NCBI RefSeq assembly: GCF_009914755.1
Contig: NC_060928.1
Direction: 5' to 3' (one strand)
Origin: the human T2T-CHM13v2.0 reference genome, Homo sapiens
DNA: 64,000 bases
Under the pieces are notes generated by a model. The model was not told the origin of the DNA and ran no database searches. It saw only the letters and a program-made list of their open reading frames with translations. A program made the position numbers and the translations under genes. This document shows, one piece after another, positions 15,020-29,687 of the stretch (within the stretch, counting starts at the first letter, position 1; each line of letters starts with the position of its first letter).

Positions 15020-15671
15020 TGGCCACCACCACAACTCTGGGCTCAGTGCATCCAGACATTCTGATTCCCAGAGTTGGGGAGCACTTCATCATGGGACACA
15101 GTGATCATTCCGTTAAACTAAGCAGAGGCCGCTATCTGGTTGGTCATTCGGTCTTCTTGTGCCGAGTGACCAGCTGCAAGGAAAGAAGTTACTATGCTAT
15201 CAAGAATAATGGACTCTGATCATTAAGAGGAAGGGAGAGCTAATATTATACAATGCAGACAGGGGAGAATTCATTTGACACCCAGGTGACATATGGAAAT
15301 GTTTTTTGGTACTGCCTTGCCCAATTTTGATAGCAAATGGACAAATGTAGTGGATACAGCCCTAGAAGGGTTATGGTATTCAGGTGTTTGACCCTTCCGG
15401 GATGAAGATCTGAGTCACACCACCTTGACAGAGAGGGGTGCTAGCCAAGCGTGAGGGGATTCTAGAATGGGCAGGAAAAGCGGAAGATGATGAGTATCAG
15501 CTGTAGTCCCAAAACCATCTGCAGCAGAGAGATACGGCCCCTCCCACTGATCTTCTTGTAAGTTTCCCCAGAAAAAGAAACCAACCAGAGTCCAGAATCC
15601 TGGAGGAGCAGTTCCCGGATGGAATAAACAAACATTTAGGAAGTAAGTGGACCCAGGAAGCCCAAGAGGGG
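15020..15671 (+). mobile_element. ERVL internal 3' fragment (ERV3-16A3-like) with decayed dUTPase and polypurine tract
   Basis: Frameshift-corrected translation of about 15142-15256 gives GH-GLLVPSDQL-RKEVTMLSRIMDSDH*EE-ELILYNA, resembling ERVL dUTPase (GHFGLL...GVIDPDY.GEI.LLL.N). Ends in AAGAGGGG. Confidence 0.7.
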
Positions 15672-15672
15672 C

Positions 15673-16087
15673 TATATTCATTTCCTTAGGCTGCCATAAT
15701 AAAGTACCACAAACTAACTGGCTTGAGACAACAGAAATTCATTATCTCACAGTTCTTGAGGACAGAAATCTGAAATCTGAGCCGATATTAAAGGTAAGTA
15801 GGTATCAGCAGGGCCATGCTCCCTCCAAGGGCTCTAAGGAACAATCCTGCCTTGCCCTTTTCAGCTTTTGGTGACTCCTGGCATTTCTTGCTTTATGGCA
15901 GTGTAACTCCAGTCTCTGCCTCCATCTTTACAGGGCCTTCTCCCCTGTCTCGAACTTCCCTTTCCCTTGTCTCATGACACCAATAACTGGAATTAGGGTC
16001 CACTCTAAATCCAGTGTGATCTCATCTTCAGAGCGTTAACTTACATCAACAAAGTTCCTATTTCTAAATAAGGTCACAGTCACAGGT
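15673..16087 (-). mobile_element. MLT1C-like MaLR LTR
   Basis: 'ggctgccataataaagtaccacaaact...acaacagaaattcattatctcacagttc...aaataaggtcaca'. Confidence 0.8.
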
Positions 16088-16091
16088 GGGC

Positions 16092-16452
16092 TGCAGTGGA
16101 TGGCCCAGTGCCCTGCCCAGAATCCCCTTTCAAGCCCAGGCACTCGTTCCTCCATCAGGCAGTGTGGTGTCCCCCAGAAAAATGCCCTCAGCTAAAGGGA
16201 GCTTCCTCACGCAAGGCTATGCTCCTTCCTCAGGGGCAGCCCCCTGACTCAACTGAGCACAGATCTGAAGGGCACCTCCATCCCAGAGCTCCCTACAGGA
16301 GAGACTGAGGTCTTGCTGTGTTTGCATCATGGTTCACCTTCCTCTACGCCCGACCCTGCTGCCCTCACTGCTGTCCAGGTGTTGTTCCCAAGAGCACACA
16401 CCAATAAACTACGTCTGTCTTCAGCAGTTGTTTCCGGGGAACCTGACCCTCA
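16092..16452 (+). mobile_element. LTR16A-like ERVL 3' LTR
   Basis: Starts TGCAGTGGATGG; 'ccaataaac' poly(A) signal; 'tgtttccggggaacctgaccc' terminus. Confidence 0.75.
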
Positions 16453-16459
16453 GGCTCCC

Positions 16460-16685
16460 CGATCCCGGGCCAAGCCTCTTGGCCACTTACTAGCTGGAGA
16501 ATTTTGGACAGGATACTTAACCATGCTACTCCCAATTTTTCTTATCCATGAAATAAGGATAAGAGCAATACCTTCCATGCAGGGTGTTGTGAAAATGAAA
16601 CAAGTTAATTAATCCAGATCTCTTAGAATACTGCCTGGCAACATAGGAAGTGCTCCATAAATGTTGATTACAAGCTACTATTATA
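16460..16685 (+). mobile_element. MIR SINE
   Basis: 'ccacttactagctg...gggtgttgtgaaaatgaaa...tgcctggcaacatagg'. Confidence 0.75.
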
Positions 16686-17549
16686 AGCATGTTTTCTTCT
16701 GTAGGAAAAACATTCATTAAGGAATGAATTCGTTTTTATATTATTATTGTATTTTTTAGCTTTTCCTAAGTTATGAATCAGTAGGACAATGAATCTAAAA
16801 TCAAGTTATAATTTATATTATTTCTGATAATCTAATTAGAATAAAATTAAAGTATTACTACTATTTAAAATCACTATTACCTTATCCTAATTGCCACATT
16901 AATTAATTTTCAGCAAGGGAATGTAATAAGTGGTTTTTGAATTTTTTATACATATCAAAGAAACAAATGTACTGAACTCCTTCTGTAAACTTATATATTT
17001 ACTCTAAATTTAATATATCAAACCCAACAAAATCAGAAAGGGGCAAAACTGTAATTTAAACTGAAGGTTTAATATTTCAGACTGGCTCTGAATCTTAAAA
17101 TTTATTAGCCAATTAAAGTATCAAAAAAGTACCCTATAGAGTTCTTCCCATCAAGGCTATAAATTAACCCTTGGAGAACAATATAAAGTTTCAAGGGTAG
17201 AGTCATTTAATTCATAAGCTTAAAGGACTGAAATCTTAAAGGAATAAATTAGCCAGACTTTTTTTTTGCATTTAGTACAGCCGTATCTTAAATTAGTTTT
17301 TCTCAGGATTAGGATGTATTATTTATGACCACGTCCAGTCCCATTATTTGTTAAGACAAAAGCAAGTAAGTCCTAGTTAGTCAAAGTAAATCAAGAAAAT
17401 TAACCCAGCAGGCAGAGGACTCACATGCTATTTACCTTTATGTAGTAAATATTTCCCACATTGCTTCACCCAGAAATCTCACCCAGTCTATTAAGAGGCA
17501 GTCCTAACAACAATGTCTGGTTGACTTTCCATGCCTCCACTTATAAGAA

Positions 17550-17745
17550 ATAGCTGAAACTTTTTAAGTGCTTACATGTGCTAGTGCTTTAAATACATTA
17601 TCTTCAATTCTCAAAATAACCCTTCAAAGTACATATTATTATCCCATTTTCTAGATTAATAAAATGAGGTTCAATACACACAGCTTATGAAACACAGAGC
17701 CAGATAGATTCAAGCCTATCTGTTCTTTCCTCTTGCTGTGTCTCA
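17550..17745 (-). mobile_element. MIR SINE
   Basis: 'tattattatcccattttctagat...aaaatgagg' core. Confidence 0.65.
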
Positions 17746-18399
17746 CTGAGCACATAACTATTAATAAATCAACTCATATTCTGCTTAAAAGGATTGGGAA
17801 AGTGCCTCACAATATTGGCATTTCTCCAAAAACAAGAGGAAATATATCTACTATAATTGTCTTTTTACGTTTTCAATTGTTTTATTTTTCAAACTAGAGA
17901 ACAGAATAAACTAAAAAGTTAAAATATTGTGTTCTCAAATCTGCTACCCAAATTTTTTTCATAACAATGAGAAATATATATGCTTTTTAAAAAGTGATTT
18001 CTTACAAGTGGAGACATGGAAACTCAAGGTTAAAAGACCAAACAGCAGATTATTAACTTGAGACATTTAAGAAACAAAATCACTCTGGTAATATTTCTGC
18101 TAATATGCAAAATTCATAGCTTCATATTCTGACAGTAAAGAGAGGCACAGACAAAGGTCATGTTTTTTACATGAAATGGAAAGATCTGTCTGATACGAAA
18201 TTACAACACAAAAAGGGTATTAATTGTCTTACTGTTGTGTAATGTTTATGGCAGGCATTTCAATGACAGCACTGCTTTTCAGAAAGCTGTAAGAACATGA
18301 AAGATTATAGATAGACTTCACTGTTACCCTGCAGAATGTGCCCAGTTCTTCAAGTAATCAACACTCTTTTATGTGGCTACCATGCAGGGCATTTCATTT

Positions 18400-19410
18400 T
18401 ATCATTGAACAAATTTTACTTTTATTATGTGCCAAGTATTTTACTAAGCACTCAGCAGTAGGCAAGATGGGTAAGGTCTCTGCCATCATCTCATGATGCT
18501 TATAATGAGCAGGGAAGCAGATACTAAGTGGTTACCTGTGAGGAATGCTGCAGAACATAATACGCATTACGTGGTATCAGGAAATGTCAGGTTCTATCTG
18601 ATATATGATAAGAGATATTATCTTTACTATCGCATAATGCATATTATCTTTAGGTGTTTATAAGATGGGAACTTAACTAACAGTGGGCAAGTGGGGAGCT
18701 TAGGTGGTCAAGGAAGGCTTCCTAAGGACATGATATTTTTAAGAAACAAGTAAAAGTTAGCTAGGGGAAGGGGAGACTCATGACAGAGAGGACAAGGACA
18801 GCATATTCAATGCAAAGGGAAGAACTAGAGTGTCTTACTCAGCTCAGGCTGCCATAACAAAATACTGTAGGCTGGGTGGCTTAAACACTTAAACAACAGA
18901 AGTTTATTTCTCATGGTTCTGGAGGCTGAAAGTCCAAACTCAAAGTGCCAGCACGGTTGGGTTCTGGTGAGGGCCCTCCTCCTGGTTTGTGGACAGGTGA
19001 CCTCTTGATGTAGCCTCACGTGGCGGAAAGAGATTCAACTCCTCTCTCTTTCTCTTATAAGGACACTAATTCCATCATGCAGATGGAACCCTCATAACTT
19101 CATCTAAACTAATTATCTCACAAAGGCCCCATCTCCCAAAAGGATCACATTGAGGATTAGGACTTCAATGTATGAATTTTGGAGACATACTAACATTCAG
19201 ACCATAACATAGCACAAAGGCCTGAGCTGAGAAAAAGCACGGTGCCTTTTTGAAATACAGAGGACTGGGGAAGAGTCCCTTGAAACAAGGATAGAGAGGC
19301 AGGCAGAATGGATTAGATGTGAACTTGATCTTACAAGCAGTGCAAAGCCACGGAAGGTGCTCAGCATGAGTAACATAATCAGATTTGTGTTATAGATTAT
19401 TTGGAAAGAA
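18400..19410 (-). mobile_element. L2 fragment interrupted by MLT1A
   Basis: 'cattgaacaaattttac...tatgtgccaag', 'ggtcaaggaaggcttcct', 'gagtaacataatcagatttgtgtt'. Confidence 0.6.
18831..19209 (-). mobile_element. MLT1A/MLT1A0 solo LTR
   Basis: TG...CA termini; 'ggctgccataacaaaatac...ctggaggctgaaagtccaa...aacattcagaccataaca'. Confidence 0.88.
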
Positions 19411-20084
19411 AGCAATTATCAAAGGAAATGTCAGTTTCTATCTGATACATGATAAGAGAACGTTGTACTCAGTGAGAGATAATTGTGAGATATTTGGGTC
19501 CCAGAGCATTGACTCTCAAAAAGAGAAATAGCAAAATAAATTTCCACTTAAGATGAAAGTGTCTTTGGCATTCAAAACTTAGTCTTTATGATTGTTAACA
19601 ATCCTAGGTGGTTCTTATCATGTGGTCAGAGCTTGCTAAGGACTGACGTTCCTCAAATGGGTCACAGTGAATGACTTTTCCTATATGTCCTAGTCAATCC
19701 CAAATAGGGTGGGAAATATTATCAGCTAATTCATGGAGTTGATTTCTATTCCTACTTTTCCATGAAGGATTATCACAATTATTCAATTAAAATTCCATAA
19801 TCATAAATACATGCAATAATTTGTTTACACTAGGTGAAGCTTAAAAATACTTAAATAATTTAAACTGTTAGCATTTACTACTAGTAACACTAGTTAATCC
19901 AAAACACATTGACCTAGTAAACCTTTGCAGCTGTGCACAATAGCTATCACTCAAGAACAATGTAATATATTATACAACTAGAGTAAAATTCTACAGGCTT
20001 TATTTTCAAAGGACTCTTACTATTAAGTCTTAATCATCTGAATCTCATTGAAAGTAATAGAAATTGAAATGCAAGAATACAGCG

Positions 20085-21197
20085 GGAGTTCTGCTTCTGG
20101 TATGACTGAGTATACGCCTACTGAAACCTACCCTCCTGCATGTAACAACTGTAAACTTTAAATAAAACAGAAACAAAAATACTTGAACCTTCTAGGGGTG
20201 AGTAAAAGCATTCAACTTTTTACAAGGGGTCCAAAATGGAAGAATGGACCTATATGGAGTGAGTTTCCCATTTTTTGAGGATTATTTATTTAGGCTGTGA
20301 ACCTGAGGTTGGGTAGCAGTCAAGGCACCATGCAGGGTGGTTAGAGTCACTAGAAACACACAGTCTTTCTGGACACAAGAACCTTAGCATAGGGTTCCAG
20401 GAAACCATAGCCATTAGAGAGAAAGAGGGAACTCTTAGAGAGGGGAAATCCGGGAAAGCTCGAAATTCTGTACATAAACTATGCCCAAATTTCTGACTGA
20501 CCTCTGAGCTCCACATGCATGGGATATGGACTGAAAACAGCCCAGTTAAGAAAAAACAGAACTGAAATGGGGCTTTCACAGGTGCCTGAGAGTCAGAATT
20601 TGCAGTTTGAGTCCAATCAAGTTGATTACCTGCTAAAACAAAAACATCAACATTATTCAGAAGAATGTAACACTCAGAAGAATCTACGGTCTCCACAACA
20701 AAACATACACAATGTCCGGAATACAAGGAAAAAGTATTCAATATCTGAAAAACTAGAGAAATATGATACATTTACAAGACAAAAAACAATTAAAGAAGCC
20801 AAACACAGATGACTATATTTCACAGATAAAACTTTAAAGCAGCTATTATAGTTATATGAGGTAAAGGAAGACACTCTTGTAATGAATGAAAAGATAGATA
20901 ATATCAGCAAAGAAACAGAAACTATGAGACAGAATAAAATGAAAATTGTATAAGTGAAAAATATAATAAATTAAAAATGTGTTAGAAGGGCTTAACAGCA
21001 GGATGGTGATGAAGAACATGACAGTGAATTTGAAAATAATACAAGCCATCTGATCTGAAGAATAGAAAAGAAAATTATTGAAAAGAAAAATGAACAGAGT
21101 CTCAAGGCCTCAGATCTAAAGGTCTAACATATGTATATTTGGAATCTCTGAAAGACAGAAAAGAAAGAATAGAGCAGAAAAAAATATTTTAAAATAA
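20085..21197 (+). mobile_element. Old L1M 5' UTR/ORF1 fragment
   Basis: A-rich strand bias, decayed ORF1-like 'cagtgaatttgaaaataatac...aaaatgaacagagtctcaagg...ggtctaacatatgtatatttggaatctc'. Confidence 0.75.
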
Positions 21198-22587
21198 AGA
21201 AAAAGCACTCTCTAGAAAGATTCCTGTTGGCACATAGAATAAGCTTTCTCATTTTAAAAAAAAGTTTTCTTCACAAGTAACAGACAAATGTGGTAACTGT
21301 ACTTCAGAGGTTAAAACACATTTAGAGAAATAATGATAAAGTAGCCTTAAGATATTATGAATTTAGATTAGAGCACAGTTGTACTCCTCTGTATAAATGG
21401 CAAATCTGAATACTATTGTGTTCCAAAAAAATTATCTTTCTTTTAAAATCTACTAAGAATCAAGACTCAAGGTAAACTTATTAAATTCATGATGTGGTAT
21501 TAAGAGTATGCTGTGATATATGTAGAAACTATATGTTTAATGCCAGCAAGCAAATTACCTCTAATACCGTCAAACATTAATTTATAAATTGGCCTCCCTG
21601 TCACCTCTCTTCTTTATGCTGGACGCTGATAGAGGCAGTGGAAGTGAAACAGACATAAGCATGACAATTAGATTCTACACAAGAAAAATGCCATATAAAA
21701 ATTCTTGTAAGATGAGTCCAGGAAATATATCTGACAGCTCTGAAATATTGTGTTCTTGTTTATACACAATGTAACAGAACAGCCTTTGTATTATTTTTAA
21801 CCGTTCCTACTTAAAATAATCTATACTTCAAAGGAGAGTAAACAGTGCATAAGCTTAGGTTGCTCTTTACCTCATAACTTGGTTCTTGTATAATAGATAT
21901 TCTTAGGACCAGACAAGTCAATCTCTAAATAAACATTAACTTCCTCTGTGTTTCCAAATGTAGAAATAAAGATGAACATACAACATGAGGAGTTTCTAAC
22001 AAAACAATTGTTAAAAATCAAATCGTGTTTAAGGCCATATACGGTAAGGCTAAAAATAATATTTAATCGCTTGAAATCATACCCATAACAATTGCTAATT
22101 CTGCACAGTTAATTGAAATGAAGAACAAAGGAAATTTCAGAATAATCTGAACAAAAAAGCTTTGAAAAGTTGGAGGACGGTTTGTCATATTGAACAGAAT
22201 TTTTAGATTAACTGTCATCAGTAATGAAGCCACTCAAAAATTGCCAAGTTCTGTTTGGTTCTTTCTTCTTAGCTATTCTCATGAAAGTGAAGCTCTACTA
22301 CAGGTCTTCCCTGCCTTTTGCCATAATACATTTTTCAAAAGCATGAAGGAGATGGCATTTTCTAATCTGAGAATTTAGTATGAAATAAATCAACAGTGTC
22401 ATCAAAGCAAGTATGCAATAATTACAAATTACTGTAGTCATTTAAAATAGAAAATAAAGATTTTAATTTATATAAAGCATGCATAAACAATTTACTTGAT
22501 TTCATGAAGGGCTGTCAATATATCTAGTACACACATAATACAAATCAATTCAACTGAAAAAGTTTTACATTAATATTCTTGTTAAAA

Positions 22588-22717
22588 TTTATTTTCTTGA
22601 AATAGAGATAGGGTTTTGTTATGTTGCCCAGGCTGGCCTCAAACTCCTGGCCTCAAGCACTCACCAACAGAGGCCTCCCAAAGTGCTGAGATTACAGGCA
22701 TGAGCCACTGCCTGGCC
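22588..22717 (-). mobile_element. Alu monomer (FLAM-like)
   Basis: Single left arm; TSD TAATATTCT at 22571-22579 and 22718-22726. Confidence 0.88.
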
Positions 22718-23039
22718 TAATATTCTAATTATAATAATATGTTAACAATTATTTTAATAATGTTTCCTTTAATATGCAAAAGAACTTTTAAGGAAAGATT
22801 TGTGTTGTTCAGCTTTCTTAAAAGTGGTATACAAATAGTTTTTAACTGATGTCCCTTTTTGTTGGTAAATTTTGTACAAACAGCTCCTGTTTAGCTGTCC
22901 AAGGCAGGAAGCTGACTGAATTTGGGATGGAAGCCCTGGGTATTAATTAGGACAATGGTTTTCCTAGAGTATCTATTGAGATCATATCTCTAGCCATTTA
23001 ACATGACTAGCCATAGGAATTTTTAAAAGAAAGAACTGA

Positions 23040-23348
<309 letters not shown>

Positions 23349-23414
23349 TGACGTTTCTTTTTCTCACTCTCTCTTAGCTCCATAGTTTAATCACACTCAA
23401 GTGAAATTACATAT

Positions 23415-23640
23415 AATGGTAAACTTTCCTGGGAGTTTACCATGTGCTAGGCAGTGCTCTGTGTCCTGGATATGCATCATCTCATTTAATCGCCACAATA
23501 ACCCTACCAGGTGAATCCCATTATCATCCCTATTTTATGGATGACAAAATTGAGGCTTACAAAGGTTTAGGAATTTACTTGAGGTTAAGCTATTAAGTAA
23601 CAGAGCTGAAATTTAAACTTGGGTATGTTTCACTCCGCAT
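23415..23640 (-). mobile_element. MIR SINE
   Basis: 'catctcatttaatcgccacaataaccc...ttatcatccctattttatggatgacaaaattgaggct'. Confidence 0.8.
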
Positions 23641-25599
23641 TGCAAGCTTTTATCCACGGGATTACTCTTCTTCTGTCCAAATGAAGGACACCTGGAAATA
23701 ATGAGAATGAGCAAACCTCTTCCATCCTCTCTACCAAGGAGTTTTCACACACTTCATCAGTGGACTCTGAGATCTGCATGTTTATGGGAAAGTGATAAAG
23801 CTTGAAATGAAGGTAACAGCCTGGGCTGTTTAAAAGGAAATTCAAAACAGAATTATTGAGAAAGGAAGACACGGTGTCTTACTGTACAGATATGGTAGGG
23901 TTAGTATGCCCAAAAACCATCCAGTAAAAAGTGAGTGTAGCAAGATGATTTAAACAATAATCAAGACTAAGACACTTTTGCCTGTTCAATAGAATATACT
24001 ATTTTGATTGATTCAACCATTTCTTCTCATATGAAACATATTAGTTAATGGCTTCCATCAATTACAGTGTATAACATTAAGAAATGAGCAAAAATAAATT
24101 CCATATGTCATTTCTTACATTTTAGCAGCTACATTTTTTTCACAACTTCTTGACACTAACAGATGAGAAAGAAGGCCACTTTTGCTCAAGAACCAAAACA
24201 GAGTACTGAGTCCATCGTCAAGAGATATCAGACATTGAAAAAGATAGCAGCACAGGTTTCCAGAACTCTTCTTTGAGTAGGAAAGACTTGGGGAAAAAAA
24301 TGGGCCAATAGGTAGCAGACATCAACTCCTACAGGACATTGAGGAAAGAAGTGAGCGAAAAAGACCCTCACATACTTAGTTTTTAAATATTACAAACCAT
24401 GAAAGAGTCGTATTATGTGCTAAGAGAATAAGTAAGTATAGAGGTAGAGGTAAAAGATAAAGGAGAAATGGAGTGATTGAGAATCCATGTCAGAGAAGAT
24501 GGAATAGGGGATTGTTGGATGGATGGATAGATGGATGGGAGAATATGAATGGGTGAGTTTGATGTGGACAAAGAAAAATCATCTAGTCCCTAGGGATTGG
24601 ATGGTGCATTTACAGAAAGCCTCATGGTGGCCGGCAAAAACACAAGCAAGTTTTCAGCTACTAGCCTCTACTGAGTAGGAAGCATAGTTACCTGTAAAGA
24701 GTAAAGGCAGCAGGCTATGGTGCTTAAAGCGAATGAGGTTGTGGAAGAGATGCTTAGATGAATACAACAAAATTACTCAACAGAATTGAGGGCCTGGCTG
24801 ATATTAAAATACCATACTTAAATTCTACTCTAAGTAGACTCTATTATCACTTGGAATTACTCCAGCAGTCCCCTGTAGTCTGAGTGTTTCAGAGAGTGTG
24901 TGGGGCAGGGGGAGATATAGTTGGAGAGATCTACTGTTGGTAATATGTATACATGTATGGAAGAGGAAGGGTTAGTTTGGTGCATAGAAGAATTACAACC
25001 GAACAGAGAAGGAACTAAAGCAAGGAGGGGGGTGATATACAAGAAGAGAAAAGAAAGAGCAAGTCATCTAGAAAAAAATCTAGATTAAAAAATAAATGCA
25101 AACCAAATCAAAGGCTGAGAAAGCGGAAAGGCTGGCAAGCTGTGATCAGAGAGTGAGATGAGACATAAGAGGTAGAGTTGTTCTAAGTGATTCCAGATTA
25201 CAGGGGATGGCTGTAGGATAGGGTTCCTGGAGAGGAAGTAACAATAAGGACATCAAAACTGGGTCAACTGAAGAAACATGAGACCAAATTGCCTGGATGA
25301 CAAGAGTTACAATGGGGACAACAATGACTAAAACAGGCTGTCATTGTCTTCACTGCACATGGGGACTGACCAGATGGTCCATAGGAAACAGGAAGAAGAG
25401 GAGAGAGAAACAGGCAGGTTCAAATAACGAGTGCCTTAATGCCTGGGACTGTGGCATGGGAGGCTGAATATCTCAGAAGCTATGCTGAGGAGCTCAGAAA
25501 ATGGAGTAAGATGCCAACCATCTCTCTGGGTTGTGGTCCTTGAGGCTCAGGAATACAAGCACATAGCATTATCATCACAGAGACCTGCCCCCCAACATC

Positions 25600-27515
25600 A
25601 TATGAGTCGCAAGACCCTCGTCTCAGCCAGCGTCCTTAGCCATTGACTCTTCTCCCATTATCCTGACACTTTCACAGCTTTAAGTATCACCTCCACATGA
25701 GTAACTTCCAAGTTTATGTCTCCAACCTTACATTCTCTCCTGTTAGTAGTTCTGAAGCTCTAAATAGCCTTCAAGATGTATTTTCCTATACTACTGGCCG
25801 TTAATTCACACTGAAATCAAAAACTCGAGAGAGCCAGCATCTTTCCCCCAAAACTCTCACCTCCAGCTTTTCCTATTCTTCCCACTAATCCAGATGGAAA
25901 ACATGGTGTTATTTTTTACTCCTTCCACCAGTTTCTCACTCACATCTATACAAGTTGTACCAATTATTCCTTTGTGATACCTCTAAGGCCATCCTTCCTC
26001 TTACGCTTCACTACCATTCCCCTAATTCAGGCCCATGTAGCTGAATGTGTGTTATTACAAGAGAGTCAGAACTCTCCTACCTGGTTTCCCTCCTTACTTC
26101 TTTCTATTCTTTCTACTAATTTAAGATGACTCTTCCTAAAACGTTACTTTTCACATGTCAATCTCTATTCACAAACCTCCCATATCTCCCATGTATTTCC
26201 ATAATAATAAAGGCCAAACTCTGCGCAAACACTGATATCTCCCATGTCTCCAAAACGGCCTCCCATTACTTCACTACAGGAACCAGACACACCATGATTA
26301 TTCCAATTCCTCCTATCCCCATGGATTACATAGATTTTCAATTAATTCATACTTCTGATTATATTTACCTGATCTACTTTCACTACAAAACACATATTTT
26401 GATTAAATGAAGATTTTAATTCAGTAAGGTTCAAATAACCTGGCATTTGTAAAAATGATTTCGCATAATTTCCCTAATGGGCTATGAAAATATAAATTAC
26501 TTCCACAGTTGCTCACTTTTCATTTATAATTTAAAAGGTGAGGGGACCATTAATAGATATCTGGAGTTTAGTTGTTACTGAAATCGATTTATTGTAAGAT
26601 TTCAATCCTCAGAGAAGGGAAATCTTACTGATCACAACTTTCTGAAGTCCATCCTAAGTGGTTCTCTTTTGGAGATGATCATACCTAGAAATGCATTACA
26701 CATTCCTACATACACACAAAATGTGCAGCTACAGTGGAATGCATCCATGACAGGTTGTAAATAAAAATGTACATAACAGAGAATCCCCGATCTACTGGAT
26801 AGATCTACTTTCCCACCTATAAAGCTCTACAAACCACTTTCTACCGCAACATACCAGTTATCTCCAATCCTTACATCCATGTGGTGTTATGAGCTTTTTT
26901 TTTAAAAATGAACTTCTGGGAATATACAGGAAGAGATTATAGAAAGGCAAGGAGTGAGGGGAAGACAGAGCCTTTGGGAATGCTTCTACCACACTGAGTG
27001 TGGGGTGGCACAAGAGAAAAAAGGAAAAAGAGGAATTGGCAAGCGAGAGGCAGAATGTAAGGAGACAATGGGCAGTGAAAAAGATGCATGCAAGAAAGAG
27101 GAAGTGGTCAGCAGTCCAAAATGCTTCAGAGAGCATGAGAGAGGTTATGACTAAGAAAAGCCCATTGGATTTGAAAGAAACAGATACACGCCTCTTGAGA
27201 GGCAGAATTTAGTACAGTGATGGGAGAAGGTCAGAACACATGGAGAAGGGGTGATCAGCAAGTGGGAGTCAGGCACATGTCATTCATTCACAAGGACTGA
27301 CGGAGAAGGGAAGGAGATGGAGAACACACACAATAAGCTCTGCTAGCAAGCACCTTGCCCGTTTTGCTTGTTGCTGTCCCCAGCACCAAGAACAGTTCCT
27401 GGCATGTAATAGATATTCAATAAGTATTTGTTGGTTAGATGTTGTTGAATTCAATCAATGTTATTGAATTAATGAATGTTGTTGTTTGGATAAATAAATG
27501 AATTGATGAATGAAC
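25600..27515. mobile_element. Cluster of degenerate L2 fragments in both orientations
   Basis: Pyrimidine-rich then purine-rich L2-like blocks; 3' end 'cctggcatgtaatagatattcaataagtatttgttg...tgaatgaa'. Confidence 0.5.
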
Positions 27516-29064
27516 ATAGTACTTGTATTTGAGGGAGTATGAAAGAATACTCTTCATGTTACCACATGTAATTCAGGTCTCAATGCTGGAGTTATACTTA
27601 GTACAGACTAAGATCTGGTTATAAGATAAAAGCTGCAAATGCAGCTCACAACATCAGACTTAGTGTAGGGTGGAGGATGGAGCTCTTGTCTAGAGGTTGA
27701 AGTTAATCTTTTTGACAGTTATCTGAGCGAAAATGGAATCTTTCAGGCCAAACATGAGAACTGGAGGAAAATCTCTGGGTGTCTGCAGAGTGGAATTCCC
27801 TCTCTGTCTTGACCAAGAAGGCAGCAAGAGATTGAAAGGAACTCCTGAGGGGTGGATTGTTAAGAAGAGGCTGTCCACCTGAGACAGGCAGGGACTGAGT
27901 TATTAAGAAGTCCAGACGAGTGCCTACAATGTTGTAAAAACCTTTTGCAGCTAGAGGTTATCTATCTCAGTTTGCTAATGGTTCTTGTCCTCTGCATTAA
28001 TTCCCTCAGTTCTGCCTCACTCATAAGTCTTTGGAAAGGTCTCGTCAGGGCATGAGAATATAAGAGTTCAGCCAACACTCGGAGAGGGGAGGGTGGCCAG
28101 CACCATAGTGCCAGCAACAGCAGCAACTAGAGTGGTAGGACCCCAAACATTGGGGATGTGGAGTAACCACTAAGACAACTTGAAGTTAAAGGGTTTGTTT
28201 TTATCAGATGACATGGTATTATCTTACAGGAAATCTAGGCAAGATTTTGTTTTTCCTGTATTTCCTTTTGTTTTTGTTTGATTTTGACAAAGGCAACTTG
28301 AGCAGATATAAGCTGTAAAAGAGGAAAACTTGTAGATGGCAACAGAAAGAAGGTACAGTTACAAGGAATGTATGTAATGTCATTAAGCAAAGCCATGGAA
28401 CACAGGAGGTGTCATGAGATTCAAAGGCAAGATGGGGGAGTTGGTTTTTGCAAAGTGGTATAAAGAAAGATTGAGAGAGTAGAAAGAAGGAAGACGCTTC
28501 TTTGAATCTCATATGGAAATTAGGGGGTAAGTCAGCTGTGGGGCGTATGGAACACAGAAAGTTCACATAGCTGCCTTGGAGAGGCCACCAGAGAGCCCAG
28601 TGACTAAGAGGCTTTTGCAAATCTTGAGGGGCTAGATCGCTGGAATTTCCAGAAATTCTAGTCAGCACAATTTAATGCTGTCTGCAGCAATACTTGGCAA
28701 CCTGGAAAGGTTTGTTGCAATTGTTGGAGGTGCAGTCCTACATGTAAGCCAAGCTGAGCTCACCATAATGGATCTACCACATATGGAGTTGTAACAATGG
28801 GATAAACTCACACCTCATAGAAGAATCATCTCACGATGATAGAAACAACTCTAAAGACAGGCTTTCATCAAAAAAATCATAATTAATCCACCCTGCTTAT
28901 TTTCCTAACAATGGAGCCAAGTTGTACTATTCATACCAAGATCTTCAGGGAGTTCCAGGTGGAAGGAATATTGGAAGTCAACTTGTCCAACCTGTCACCT
29001 ATTATGACTTTCATTTTTAGAAATCCATGGAAGAAACTATCAGTGGGCACTGGCATACCCGGGC

Positions 29065-29296
29065 TCCTCTACATTTCTCAGCCTCCTTTGCAGTACATCT
29101 GACGCTGCATGGCTGGGCTCTGGCTAATGTGACATTGGCGGAAGTTGTGTAAGTCACTCTCAGGCCTGGCTCTCTCAGACGGAGGAGAAACAGCCAAGTT
29201 GCTTCACATCAGACTCTGCTTGAGAGAGAAATATACTTTGACAGTGTTAGTCACTAATATTTGTGGATTTGTCCATTTCATCAGCAAGCATTAATT
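29065..29296 (+). mobile_element. MLT1J-like MaLR fragment
   Basis: 'cagcctcctttgcagt...ctggctaatgtgacattggcggaagt...gagagaaatatacttt'. Confidence 0.5.
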
Positions 29297-29687
29297 CATA
29301 TCAAGCCACTTTTTAATAATCTAGCAACTCAGAGCTGGCAATCACTCTAAAGAAAGGGATGGAGATTATTATCACCCATATACCCAAAAGATTAAAATGG
29401 TGGAAGCAGTCATGAAACCCACTTTTACTTTGCAGTAGCACCTCAATTATCTAAAGGTTATTATTTGAGACATAATTTGCAAAGCTAAAGCCTGAACTCC
29501 CTAACTGAGAACCAGAAAGTAAGCAGCAAACATCTTAAAACAACCCAGGCTGAGAGCAAAATTAAGCTTTAGAGCTTCATGCCCTGGTAAGCTCTTCAGG
29601 CTAGATATATTTACTCAAGTTATTTCAGAGTAAATAAATCAGTCTTGGAACTTTGATTATCTCCCATCAGATAAGAAATAGGAAATT

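Noticed and set aside
20286-21049. 161-aa and neighbouring ORFs
   Set aside because: They lie within a decayed L1M 5'/ORF1 fragment.
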